Shown here: in pieces, positions 29,757 through 42,819 of the stretch
Numbering within the stretch: position 1 is the stretch's first letter
How the letters are laid out: each line of letters starts with the position of its first letter
Source of the DNA: Octopus vulgaris
Lineage: Eukaryota
DNA: 64,000 nt
Assembly: GCA_951406725.2 (NCBI GenBank)
Contig: OX597831.1
Span: 18,848,001-18,912,000, forward strand
Reading direction: 5' to 3'
Made by a program: the position numbers and the translations under genes
Notes under the pieces: generated by a model
Told to the model about the DNA's origin: nothing
The model's input: the letters and a program-made list of their open reading frames with translations, nothing else
Database searches by the model: none

Positions 29757-29800
29757 GACCACTGATGCGGTCACAGGAGTGTGACGAAAGAACTCTGGCC
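29757..29800 (+). ncRNA. Degenerate minimal type I hammerhead-like motif
   Basis: GACCA-CTGATGC-G-GTCAC(AGGAGT)GTGAC-GAAA-GAAC-TC-TGGCC; A9 replaced by C. Confidence 0.45.
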
Positions 29801-29976
29801 GAAATAAGATTAAGATTAATGTAAAAAATGAATATCACTGAAGCAAAATAACACCAAATATATAGTGCGTGTGTCTTTATTGGCTAAACTGGCAATATGA
29901 CCATTCCGAAATATAACAATATCTGTTTCAGCACACGACTTCACATAAAAAAGCTTGCACAACAAATATTTAAACG

Positions 29977-30074
<98 letters not shown>

Positions 30075-30143
30075 CTTATATATACATATATATATATATA
30101 TACATATATAAACATATATATACATATATGTATATATATACAC

Positions 30144-30176
<33 letters not shown>

Positions 30177-30177
30177 C

Positions 30178-30234
<57 letters not shown>
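29977..30234. repeat. (TA)n/(TACA) microsatellite
   Basis: Direct reading. Confidence 0.95.
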
Positions 30235-30238
<4 letters not shown>

Positions 30239-30454
30239 TTACTACCCACAAGGGGCTAAACACAGAGGAAACAACAACAAAGGGATTAAGTCGATTACAT
30301 CGACTCCAGTGCGTAACTGCTACTTAATTTATCGACCCCGGAAGGATGAAAGGCAAAGTCGACCTCGGCGGAATTTGAACTCGGAACGTAACGGCAGACG
30401 AAATACGGTGACGTATTTCGCCCGGCGTGCTAACGTTTCTGCCAGCTTGCCGCC
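30235..30454 (-). mobile_element. OK-like tRNA-derived SINE
   Basis: Minus-strand head GGCGGCAAGCTGGCAGAAACGTTAGC, B box GAGTTCAAATTCC, conserved core. Confidence 0.85.
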
Positions 30455-30471
30455 TTCGAATATATATATAT

Positions 30472-32010
30472 ATACAGGCTGCGATGGGTACATTGTTGCC
30501 ATTTTATATCTTCAATTGTGCGCATGCGCATTGTTAGTTTTTGTCAACTATACAGTGTAGTGGGCTCATTTGACCTCTGTCTGTGAGAAACCGCACCATG
30601 ATGCAATTCACTCTGCCTGTAATTTAGAAACTACTTCCTGTGCTACTTCTTGTGATTCGCACCTGAAGCTGCAACACAAACATTTCAGATTACTGAGTTT
30701 GATAAATACGTAGCATCCAATCAACATCATAGTGTTTGAAAGGATCACTAGTGAAAGCAGCGTTATGCTTCCTTTCATCCTCGTACAAGGCCTCAGACTC
30801 AGCACGGAGGCATTCATCAAATGCCTGCAGAAAATAATTTTTCCCTGGGTCAAGATGGTGGCTGATACAGCGCCCTCTGTCTAGCAACAGGAATCTATAC
30901 CTTGTCACACAAGCAGCAGAACCCAGTCATGGCTGTCGGAGAATGTCTGCAACTACATCATCCTTAACACCTAAATCCCCAAACTGCAACCCCTTCGATT
31001 ATTATGTGTGAGGCGCAGTTGAGCGAGAAAGTGAAAAAGCTCTTTGTAACACCAAGGAAACTGAAGGCAAGGATTATGGCGGCATCCACCAACTTAAACA
31101 AGTAGACCGTCCTGAAAAGTTGTAGAAGATACCGATGACGTCTGGACGCCGTGGTCGAGGGCAATGGTGATTTTATTCAATAAATTAATTCTTTGTTTGT
31201 ACTGTTAGTATTAGTCAGAACATGCTCGACGTACGTCGACCTGGGGAAGAATCTACTCATTGCGTTTCGTAATGGAGAATATATCTTGCTGCTTGACAAA
31301 TGGATCGTATACACCTAGTGCAGCTTGCAGTGCCACCTACCTAAACAGTGAGATGCTAACATTTTGGAGTAGTTATCTTCTCTTCGGTCACAGACACTAA
31401 GCAGACGATTCTACGTGCTGGTGCTGCGACGTGAATCATTCCTTTGTCAACAAGCGAGATATATTCTCCATGATAAAACTGTGTGAGCAGCTTGTTGTCC
31501 AGTTCAGATTTGCATCAAGCATATTCGGACACATAAAAAAACATTACAATCTTGATCATCACTGCTTAGCGCTCTCACTCCATAATTTACTGATGATGTG
31601 CCGCCATGTAGCGCTAACAGTCACTGAAAACGCAGAAGTGAGTATGTCTCTTCAATCACATTGTCTGCATAGTGTCTGGAACTGAAGAGGAGATAAATAC
31701 TCCGAAATACTAGAACCTCACAGTCTAGGGATGTGGCATTATGAACTGATCTAGGTGTATGCACACCATTTGTCAAGGAGATATTTTTTCCTTGACAAAA
31801 CGCAACGAGTAGCTTGTTCCCGAGTTCGAATATGCAGCAAGCATATTCGCACTCATAATAAAACTGCGATTTTACTTATCACTACTTAGTGCTGCCAATC
31901 CGTAATTTACTCTTTATTATTTCATAGTATTTTCATGTAACTTTCATAAATATTTGTGTTAAAATAAGATATCGATTTTATTTTCATGTTTGCGTTATTT
32001 ATATGTACAC
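30472..32010 (+). mobile_element. Tc1/mariner (maT/DD37D-like) relic, interrupted at ~31195-31903
   Basis: TA-CAGGCTGC left end; remnants QQESIPCHTS, NCNPFDYYV.GAVE, RLDAVVEGNGDFIQ*; right part 31903-32010 matches 61650-61772 reverse complement. Confidence 0.75.
31195..31903. repeat. Insert with ~200 bp imperfect inverted arms plus an internal partial direct copy; HHR-like core at 31682-31712
   Basis: 31210-31407 is the reverse complement of 31663-31853; 31443-31591 parallels 31770-31911; CTGAAGA-GGAG(ATAAATA)CTCC-GAAA. Confidence 0.7.
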
Positions 32011-32359
32011 ATGGCAGGTTGTAAATAATGGCCTTTATATATTTATTTATTTTTATTAATTCGACTTACAGCTGTTACCGATAGTCATTATAGCGAAATT
32101 TCCTACAATAAAAGAATATTACTGGACAATTATTTCATCATTGTCATGTATATCACTCTGTTTAAGAATGTAGATTGGGAATACAATCATGGATTTGCAA
32201 AAAAAAAGGGGATTATGAAACTTAACTCTGGACCTCGGCACAGGAATGCGAAGAGTTCTTTACGTATGGTTCATCTTGATTATCAGAAAGCTAATAAAGT
32301 ATCTTACCCTGATTAATAACTCCTCAATAAGACTTTGTTATATACACACACAAAACATA

Positions 32360-32409
<50 letters not shown>

Positions 32410-32537
32410 GTGTGTGTGTGTGTGTGTGTGCGTGCGCGTACGTTTGTGTGTATGTGCGCGTGTGCAAATATATATATATATATATATATATAATTATATT
32501 GATAGATTCATACATATATACATGCGTAAATAAACAA

Positions 32538-32571
<34 letters not shown>

Positions 32572-32572
<1 letters not shown>

Positions 32573-32683
32573 TGTTTCTTTATTAGCCACACAGGGCTGC
32601 ACACAGATAGAACAAATTACAAGGTAGAGCTTTTCTTTTGAAGGTTTAAAAGAAAAAATAATAATAATAATAATAATAATAAA

Positions 32684-32684
<1 letters not shown>
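32572..32684 (-). mobile_element. Tx1 copy 5: ~110 bp 3'-end-only insertion inside (GATA)n
   Basis: Matches the 3' end at 15294; GATA repeats on both sides (32539-32571, 32684-32719). Confidence 0.9.
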
Positions 32685-32719
<35 letters not shown>

Positions 32720-33166
32720 GTATAGTTTTTTCTAAACGTCCTCTTTTCAGTAGGCGTCCGTGTACTAGAAATATTTATTAAGTTCACAAATTTTGGTTAC
32801 CTTCAAAACGTTGTGTTAACGTATATTTTCAGAATTATTTATTCCAGTAATATTTTCTGCAACTAAATATGCTAATACATTTGAAACTGTTGTTGGCTTT
32901 ATAAAATGAATTCGGTTATAAAGATGTGATTTTCTGTTTACGCATTTTTGTTGTTAGATACTTCGAATTTCTCAAAATTATTCTAAACGGTATTTACATC
33001 TATTTGTCATACTTAAGGAATTATCATCTTTGTGTATTCTACTTACGTTTACTGGTGTTCGATTACTGGACAAAGATACTGCAATTCGTTGAAAACTGAA
33101 TGCGCTATTAATACCTACCTGGATTTTCTCATCCTTTTTTCGTATACGTACATCTATATATATATT

Positions 33167-33198
<32 letters not shown>

Positions 33199-33231
33199 CA
33201 TATATGTATATGTGTTTATATATGTATATGA

Positions 33232-33319
<88 letters not shown>

Positions 33320-33383
33320 AAAAAATGAAGTTCGAAAATGCTTCTATATTAGACAAATTTTTAATTTTTATATATACATTATT

Positions 33384-33429
33384 TATTTAACATGTTTCGG
33401 TTCTTGAAATGATGAACCTTATCAAAAAA
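33384..33429 (-). ncRNA. Minimal type I hammerhead-like motif, U3:A8 core
   Basis: Minus strand TTTTT-TTGATAA-GGTTC(ATCATTTCAA)GAACC-GAAA-CATG-TT-AAATA; perfect 5-bp stem II, palindromic ACATGT, weak A/U stem I. Confidence 0.5.
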
Positions 33430-33683
33430 AATTATATAAAAAAAGATAGTTCATGCTATCAAATATAAAAAATTCATATATAATATACAATAGAGTCAGA
33501 CATCAAAAGTTCATATATAGTGAAGTGAGTTCATGCTATATGTTTAAAGAGTATGATGTAGTAGTTCATAGTGGTGATATGCATTCAATATAAAAAATTG
33601 ATGTTCTTGAAAAAGCGAGGAATTCATTTTAGATTTTACCTTGAGCCACTGTGATGACTTTTAGTCGGTGCCCGCTCGGACAG

Positions 33684-33738
<55 letters not shown>

Positions 33739-34029
33739 TACACACACATATATATATGTACATATATATATAAAGATACACTAGTTAAGGAATGGAGTAG
33801 ATAAAATCTGGGATACATATTTTTGGTATACACCTCGCATGAATATTTACGACTTCTGACGTTTCGCTCAGTATGAAACATAACCAGGATATTATCTACT
33901 CCACTCCTTAACACTTGTATTATTCTTCGGGAGACTAGCAATCCCGGTCGCCTACCGTGCAATATAAGAACTTTTTCAGGTTATCGTACTTTGATACGCA
34001 AAAATCAACAGCTCTCCGTGTTGAACTCT

Positions 34030-34222
34030 ACACAGTTTTTCTCTCTCTCTGTTACTTTCGTTCTTTCTCCCTTTTTTTTTATTTCTTATCCCTTTCCGTC
34101 TAAGAGCGTGGGCTCGAAACGTAAAAGACTTTTCCCTTTTTCCCACCTTTAAACAAATGCACCTGCTTGTTGTTCCTACACCTGCCTTCTTCAGTGCTTT
34201 CTCTTTTTAGTAAGTTTGAACT
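34030..34222 (+). mobile_element. PLE-type terminal repeat with HHR-like motif (34091-34128), ending at (TA)n
   Basis: CCTTT-CCGTCTA-A-GAGC(GTGG)GCTC-GAAAC-GTA-AAAG; same family as 42820-42990 and 56290-56585. Confidence 0.55.
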
Positions 34223-34229
34223 ATATGTA

Positions 34230-34262
<33 letters not shown>

Positions 34263-34263
34263 T

Positions 34264-34338
<75 letters not shown>

Positions 34339-35174
34339 GCTTTGAATCTTATAAACAAATAAACATTTAGATGGTTACAAATCGTTGAAAGCTCAGAAAT
34401 AGATTTTAATATATTGTTACAATTTACCTAATATTGCGTAATGCATTCCAAGATATGACAATTTCAATGCATATAATAGCAGTCATCTATGCTTCAGTTG
34501 ATTTTATTTAATATAAGTATTTTATGTTTGCGTTACTAACCAGTGTGCAATTACTTCAAAATAATATACAAATACAATTGTGGTGTCATAATATTTATTC
34601 ACATATATATGAGTAATAGAGTTACAACCGCAGTACTGAATAATGAGTGTCGTTTCACCTATAATGGAAGAATAATATGGTTATTCAAATATTTGATGTA
34701 AATTAAGCTCAAATACTTCCGTTACTGCATTATAATATTTTATTAATACCACTGTCAGGCCTGCATCAATATTTTAGATTAGTTCCTTGTAACTAAATAA
34801 CAATGAAATTATAGACATAGTATAAAGTCATTTGTTTTATTATTTATAACGTTTATATTGTGGGAGGCCTGGCGGTATGGCTTCAGTTTATGTCAGTGTT
34901 ATTGTAGCCAATTACAGAAACTGAAAAATCGCAACTACGTGTCCTGCAGCAAGGTTTCAATAATATTACGGTGAATTACACGAATTATCATTCATAATGA
35001 AGTAACTGTAGAAATGCATTGGCTATTCAAAGGAACGAGAAACGAATTACTTACTCCAACACCTTTACCGGAGATTTTCTTTGTCGTTGTAAACTAAAAA
35101 AACAAAATGTTGATATACTGTGGTAATTTAGATTGTAATCAGATGTAAATCTTAAGAAATATACCAATATGAAA

Positions 35175-35444
35175 TTGGGGCCGGTTTCCTGGTTTTCTGG
35201 GCATATAGGTTCCCCACTTGGACCGATGCCGGTCCGTCTCAGGTGAGCTGCAAGATGCAGGAGGAAAGAGTGAGAGAAGGTTGTGGCAAAAGTGTCAGCA
35301 GAAGTTCGCTATTACCTTCTGCTGAAGCCGCGTGCAGCTTAGGTGTTTCGCTCATAAACACACACATCGCCGGCGCTGAGATTCAAACCCTCGATTCCTC
35401 GACCGCGAGTCTGCTGCTCTAACCACTAGGCCATGTGCTTCCAC
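35175..35444 (-). mobile_element. tRNA(Arg)-derived SINE (Octopus OR-like)
   Basis: A box TGGCCTAGTGG, GACTCGCGGTC anticodon arm, B box GGTTTGAATCTC; related copy at 45819. Confidence 0.8.
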
Positions 35445-36096
35445 AGATGCTTTCATACTACAATCTTATTAAAAATCGTTCTAGTGATACTCTATGGATG
35501 GTCAGATGTATTAAGAGAAATAATAGAGCTTTACTGGAATGGAAGAGGACACATTTCTGATTGAGCATCTTCTGTCATCACCGGCGCCTCCTACCTTATA
35601 CCATATTGCATTTAGTTTAAAGAAAAGAAAACTTGCTACATATAAACAATTATTTTTCAAAAATGTTAGGGTAGGACAATTGTAACTTAAAGTAACTAAT
35701 TAATGCAGTTGTTATATTCAGTATCTCATAGTTTAGTTATATGATACTTAAGTAATCCAAATATCTTACCAAACAATTATGAGCGTGCAGGTATGCGAAA
35801 TATCCCGTACAGTAGCGATTTTCGAGATAGAAACATTTGTGAAACCTATAGTAGTGACTGAAATATAAACAAACAGCTGAAAATTATGCATTCAAGTACT
35901 GTTTATGCATTCAGGTACAGTTTAAACAATCAAGTTTTTAATTATATTGTTTATGTTCTAATATTTTGTCTATTAAGCGCTCAGAATCGCCTTTCATGTG
36001 ATACATTGTTGTAAGTAAAATAACCGAAATGTAATACGCACTTATCAAACAACTAAAGAGAAATTCAAATTTCTCCGCAAGGATGTAATTCTTAAG

Positions 36097-36504
36097 TTTT
36101 TATGGCCCACAAGGGGCTAAACATAGAGGGAACAAAAACGGACAGACAAAGGTATTAAGTCGATTACATCGAGCCCAGTACTTAAATGGTACTTATTTAA
36201 TCGACCCGGAAAGGATGAAAAGTAATGTCGACCTCGGCGAAATTTGAACTCAGAACGTAACGGCAGACGTAATACCTATTTCTTTACTACCCACAAGGGG
36301 CTAAACACAGAGAGGACAAACAAAGGAAGACGGACGGATTAAGTCGATTACATCGACCCCAGTGCGTAACTGGTACTTAATGTATCGATCCCGAAAGGAT
36401 GAAAGGCAAAGTCGACCTTGGCGGAATTTGAACTCAGAGCGTAACAGCAGACGTAATACTGCTAAGCATTTCACCCGGCGTGCGAACATTTCTGCCAGCT
36501 CGCC
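36097..36504 (-). mobile_element. Dimeric OK-like SINE (head-body-tail plus body-tail)
   Basis: Two tandem units joined at 36276/36277. Confidence 0.85.
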
Positions 36505-36812
36505 GCAAGGACATAATTCTATCAGAAAACATATCACCGCTGCAAAATTAAACGCTTGTAAGATTAAACCAATTTCAATTGAAAATAAGCAAATAATATG
36601 TATGTATTTTTTCCATATTGACATGACGGTTGAATAACAAAAATTACATCTCTTAATTATCCTATTTAATTATAAATATAAGTAAACCCTACACTACCAT
36701 TGTGAAAGGAGAACCCTATATCCCATTGCAGTGAGTAACAGATTTGGTAGAGCAACCACCACTTGTTCCATGTGAGTTACTTTAAATTCATTTCTGTAAA
36801 CGAAAATGTATG

Positions 36813-37695
36813 TATTGGGTCATCCCATAAATAAGTCGGAGAGGGTGCGATAAACAACCTGCATCAACTTGCTATAAAAGCCGGTAGTAATTTTACCTCA
36901 TCCATATAGATAGTGCAAAATTTGAAGAATTCATTTCCATTTTAATATTTATTTTTTTTCAAAGTTATAGTAGAACTGATAAAGGTGCCTATTGGGCTCA
37001 TTTTGCTTTTATGAGTTCAAACGGCAAAACGCAACGTAAAATGCAAGGACTATTAATGCAGTATATGGGGTTCACATAAAAAGCATAAGCCAGTGTCAAC
37101 GGTGTTTCCAGAAATTCGGAGGCGGAATATAGTCTAGAAGACGAGCCTCGTACTGGAAGGTCAGTAGTGCAAGATGAGTTTGTCCAGCAAACCTTGGTGA
37201 AAAACATATCCCATTGTAACTGCTGAAAGAAGCTTGGATTTGGTCATTCAACCAGTCATTCAAGTCAGAGCTAAAAGCAAAAAGACCATCTTGTTTTTTG
37301 AAGACCAAAGGTGTTCTTCCCTCAGGATAATGCTTGGCCACATGTAGTGAGTATGACATTCCAAAGACTGGATCAGTTTGAATGGAAAACGAGGCCCAAC
37401 CCAACATTTTCGCTGGATATTGTTCCGTCAGATTGTCATTTATTCCTCAGTATTAAAAATCATTTGGACAGAAAATATACGAATATTATAGAGGAGGTCA
37501 GAACAGTACTGGAGGAGTATTTTTCGCTGCTGACAAGTGAATTTTGGAAGAGGGGCCTTACAGATGTTGTAGGTAAATGGAAGTCGATTGTAGAAAATGA
37601 AGGAGAGTATATTTTAGATTACGAAAGGACTTTGTGCTTATTTTGAAAATCAAAAGAAGTATAAAAATACCCGCATTATTTATCGGATCACAATA
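36813..37695 (+). mobile_element. Mariner (DD34D-type) element, internally deleted, TIRs and TA TSD recognisable
   Basis: TA-TTGGGTCATCCCATAAATAA ... TTATTTATCGGATCACAA-TA; QDNAWPH and FSLDIVPSDCHLF motifs. Confidence 0.85.
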
Positions 37696-38525
37696 TTTTA
37701 TTAGTCAAAGAACATAGCTTCATCTAAATACTTCTAGCATTTTGTATACGTCAAATAAGAAAAGATATAATTATTAACATTGATCTCGATACCTGCAGTA
37801 ATTCTCAGTATTGGAAATTGGTGAATAATTGGAACCACACTTCTCTTTGGCCATTCCATGGCAATCGAGTGAGAGTACAACACCTAAAGAATTTGAAATT
37901 TCATTTGAAGATTTGAAGTTAGGTATAAGACATTGAGTTTTTGTTACAAAATAATACAATCAAATGCGCTTGGGCAGAATTCATATCAAAGAGGCTGTGT
38001 ATGTGGCTGATTTATTTCTGATTTTCTAATATCTGAGTAGGGTGGCAACATTTCAGCAAGGTATATACGTTGGGTACAGGACATTATGTATGAATTGCAA
38101 AATGTTGTTATAAATGTATAGAAATCCAAATAAATGAAATTAAATGAATTTTGTTAAGGCTATCAAACTCGGGGAGAATGTCTTTCATCATGTATATTAA
38201 TTATTGATCTGAATTTAATCTATGTTGCATAACAAACGCAGCTGACCTAAGTGTCGTGTTAGCAGTTCTAAAATTTTTATCGTTATGCAAAATAGATATG
38301 TAACGCAATTTATTTCTACTAATTTCTTAATATAAACTGCATACATAAGTTAAGAAACATAATGAATGCTCCCCACAACCAGTCTGTTGTACAATCATGG
38401 AGTTATAAAATTGCTATCGAAATTCGAAAGATTGTTTTACTCGAGTGTTTTGTCTGGATGAGATGTTCGGACTTCACGGGCAGCATTTAAATGTTTCTAT
38501 CGAAAGTATTCAAACTTCGCTACTG

Positions 38526-38629
<104 letters not shown>

Positions 38630-38641
38630 TGGAGAGAAGAC

Positions 38642-38690
<49 letters not shown>

Positions 38691-38839
38691 TAGATACACA
38701 TATACACATATACATATATAATAGATATGCATAAATATATATATATATATATTTATATATGTATGTGTGTGTGTGTTTTTGTTTGTGTGTGTGTGTGTAA
38801 TGCATATATGCATGTATGTTAGTATTACATAAAGTACTT

Positions 38840-39300
38840 CAGACCGTGTCCACAAAATCTGTATTACCTAACATTGCATTATTCTGACAATTTAGTGCCT
38901 CGACATTTTCTTTGAGGTGCTCTTATCTAAGGAAATGTCATGCGACATTGGAATACACACAATAAACTTTACTTACCGGAATGTACTTTGAGATTAAGAT
39001 TGTATTCGATTTTGTCTCTTAGTTAAAAACCACGTATGGGATGTAATCGCTATAATTGATTCTTGTTGGATATGATGTAAAAAATGATCGAAGAATCGGT
39101 TGTTGCAAAAGTAGGTAATTGATATTAGGATAAGGTAACATTGACGAGTGTAATTTGTATGCGTGAGTCTGTCAACAAACTGTCCGAAAAAGCTTCAGAA
39201 ATAATGGCCGAATTCGGAGTCTTAAAACAACTGTACATCAACAAATCAGCTTTACGTTTGTTCAGGCCTAATATGCAAATGGCTTCACAAATTCTTCAGT
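38840..39300 (+). mobile_element. Possible mariner N-terminal relic
   Basis: VKNDRRI remnant followed by a WVPK-like region; heavily decayed. Confidence 0.25.
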
Positions 39301-39707
39301 AAGATGATGTCCAACGAAAATAATTTATCTGATTTTGTTGTACACCAAACTGTAACTGGTCAAAGGCTAGAAGGAACTAGGTTTGGAAAACTTTTAGCCA
39401 AGTCATCTGGATGTTAGCTTGAGGAATTCCAAATCTCTTACGAGTGTTGTAATCGAGTGAAAGTCGATTATGTATCAAAGACAAAAAAACAAAATGAGTA
39501 ATTAAAATGTAAACAAGCAGTTTTCTTTTCGCTTCGCATTATATTTAATACCACGGGTTGTTTCCGCCCAAAAGATTCAGATGTTTTATCTGAGAAATGT
39601 TGAAGGAACAGAAACTGCTCGATGTTTTGCATATATATATAAATATATCAACTTTTCGAAATCAGTCGATTGTGATCTATATAAGGTAGGCAAGTCGACG
39701 GATTAGT

Positions 39708-39757
39708 GGGTCACTGACGAAGATTGATTAACTCTGAAACCAGAGCTGATATGACTC
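39708..39757 (+). ncRNA. Type I hammerhead ribozyme, near-canonical
   Basis: GGGTCA-CTGACGA-AGATT(GATT)AACTCT-GAAA-CCAG(AG)CTGA-TA-TGACTC: 6-bp stem I, intact core, one C-A mismatch in stem III, AUA site. Confidence 0.65.
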
Positions 39758-42700
39758 CATCTCACTTGTCGTAGAAGGGGAGCCTGTCTCCCTCGCCAGC
39801 CGTTAGGAAAGTGGTCTCGTATGGTTAAGAGTTGCTTTGATTCTTATTTCTAGCGATGCTGGTGCTTCCCAGAACCTTCCCTCACTTTACTGACAACGAT
39901 ATATATATGTATGACCGTCCAGTTTCAGGCTATTTGGCTCACATCAGCCGCGCGCACCTGCGCAATGGATTGATAACTAAGATCCACGTCTGCCAGCGAT
40001 ATAGTCTAAACAAAGTGGAATCGGCCACTGATTTTCAACATCCAAAGTAGTTAGTTATACAATCTGAAGAAGTGATAGGGTTAGGTATACTAAACGGTAA
40101 ACCCACAGTTTACAATGAAATTGCAGGTATATTAAATAAAATGATTTAATGACAAAATACTTTTTCAGATATGCTAAATCTTGTAAAGGAAATGCAGGTA
40201 TGTATATTTTTGGTAAGAAATATATGGAGCCCCACGATGATCTCAAACACAAACTACTACAAGTGCTACTTCTTACCGTCTTTGCAAATTACAAATCAAT
40301 CCATTGAAACATAGAAATTGATTTGTGTGCGCATAATGTGCTCACATGCTGTATCTGAGTTTTAATCTCGACAGAGTTTTTTGATTTTGAGACGAAATAT
40401 TATCACCGCATTTCGATGGGAAACAAGGAATGGAAACCGAAATTCTATTCGGAATGTAACTTACAAAAGAAGCGGTAATATCATATCTCAATGGTTATAT
40501 TATATCGTATCTCAATGTTTAGTTTGAGAACTTGATATTCTCAATAATACTTAAAATAACCCGAGTGTCTTCTACCACTAACACGACAATCATGTATACA
40601 GTGATTCCTAGTGCACCTCAAAGATAAAACTGCTGTCCAAAATTACAGTTCGGAAAAAAAGACTTTAATTGTTGCCGGTAAATATATAGATACATATATA
40701 CGTGCATGCGTACATACATACATACATGCATGAATGCATACATACATGCTTACGTACATATATACATACGCACCCGCATACATGTAGACAACGCTGTTAA
40801 GAACTTAATAAGGAACGAAAACCGATTAAAGCTGGTCAACCTTTTTTTCCAGTCTACAGGAGAATAGCCAGATTAGCATTGCTTTTATATTTATAATATA
40901 TTATAATATACATACCTTGATATTGTAGTATATGCGCTTAGATTCCTGTTGACGGGCGCCTGATATTAATTGTGTTTCGATTACGACATGCTAATTTTAC
41001 CAGCAGTTCTCTTACTTACTAGAATTACTGAGTATAAAAATAGATTGGAGGAGGGTGTTGATTCTTTGGGATTGGTAAGATGGTGGTCAAGTCTAGATAA
41101 TTCTGAGGAGATATCAATAATATTCGAAAATAGATTAAGGATGTTCATTGTTTTATGAACCTATGGAACAAGAGCTGAATTATCTCTGGTGATATATCTA
41201 TTACATATGTGTCGTAGATACATATAAGTCTCTGTGTGTGTATGTGTGTATGTGTGTATGTCTGTGTGCGTGTGTGTAATATTTTTTGTGATTCTTTTAA
41301 AAAATGAATTATGTTACCGGCGATAAACTTCCTTATCATTTTCAAATATGCGAAGCTAACGTATGATTGAAGTATATGAAAAGACGTTTATATCAACAAC
41401 AAATAATCAGATTTTCCTCGAATACCTACAAATACCTAAATGTGAACCGGCGGTGCTATATAACTGGATGAGGTGAAACAATGCAGCATCTACATCACTT
41501 CGGACATCTAGTAATCACATCGGGATAAGACGGCATACAGGTACCATAAACTTTAATTCCTGTAAAGCCTTATACAGATTGACCCGCAGTATGCTTAATA
41601 AATAATCACAATTTGAATTATTAAAGTAACACAAGTTGAAATGGATTTTTTAGAATCAGACTATATACTCATTCGCAGTATCTTGTCAGAGCCCTCTCAA
41701 AATCACTGTATGGAGTGACTTTACCTTCAGAATTTACATAAAATGCATTTCAAGTGTCATCAAATGCTCTAGGATAAATATCTTCGAAGACATTACTAAC
41801 TTCCAATTCCTTTTAGGAGTATACCGTAACTGAGTGTAAAAATAATAAGGAAAATTAGCGAAGCCCATGAATATTTCATAGAATTAATGGTAAAGTTATT
41901 GTTCTATTTCTGAAACCTTTACTCGAAGAACCTGAATACATAACCTGTGTTGCGTCTATATTAAAAGATATTCGCTCATTTGCTAATCACTGAAAGGTGA
42001 AAGCAATAGGAATACAATGATTGCTCAATGCACTTTAGATATACACTCTATATAATTTATGCGCAATTTTATAAACTTAATAAACAAAATCTCCCTGTTT
42101 CTCTCTCATTCTTCGCTTTACCCAATTTTTTCTTCCCTTTTTCTTTTGTTCTTCCCATTTCCCTTCAAATAATCATGTGGAAGATTTACAAGCGGGGGTT
42201 GAATAACGAGGAAGAAAACTTAGTTAACAAAGTAAATTTTCACACATAACAACCCACCCCCCCGCTTAAATCCGATTGACAAACATAAAATAGTGACAGA
42301 GCAGATAGACAACTAGATCACACATATTTATATCTATATTATATTAACGAACAGGAAGAAAAAATTGGAGAATATTTGTCACATATCTACTTACCAACTA
42401 TGCTAAGCAAGATATATGTAGAATATTTCATGGAGTATTTTCCTGTTTAAATCAGTATTTCGTCATATTGTGGCAGCTTAAACGTTCTATTTCTTTTAAG
42501 TAAATAGGATGTAACATGTGTTTCAGCTGAACACGTAGGCATATAAATGTCTTGTGTGACATGCTACGCGGTAATATATTTGTAAATATTTATTGATATG
42601 GAAAACAGATATGGCACTATCGGCTGGCGTAAATCTGAAGCATATCTTGTTAGTAAATAACCTAACAAAAGCAAAGCAGCCATCTGAAAGAATGGATGAT

Positions 42701-42819
42701 TATGTACACTCCCTATCTCAGCGAGTGTATATATGTGCGTAAATGCATATGTGTGTAAACGCGCATAATCGAAGTTTTCAATATTTCGCCCCCCCCACAC
42801 ACACACATATATATATAGG

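Noticed and set aside
29816-30560. Long ORFs rich in YI, LSIY, HT or CV (also 2878, 19551, 58164-59098 and others)
   Set aside because: Translations of (TA)n, (TATC)n and (CA)n microsatellites, which lack stops in those frames
40050-42800. Host exons in unique-looking AT-rich stretches (also 53200-54400)
   Set aside because: No convincing reading frame or splice-consistent exon seen; short exons cannot be excluded without RNA-seq
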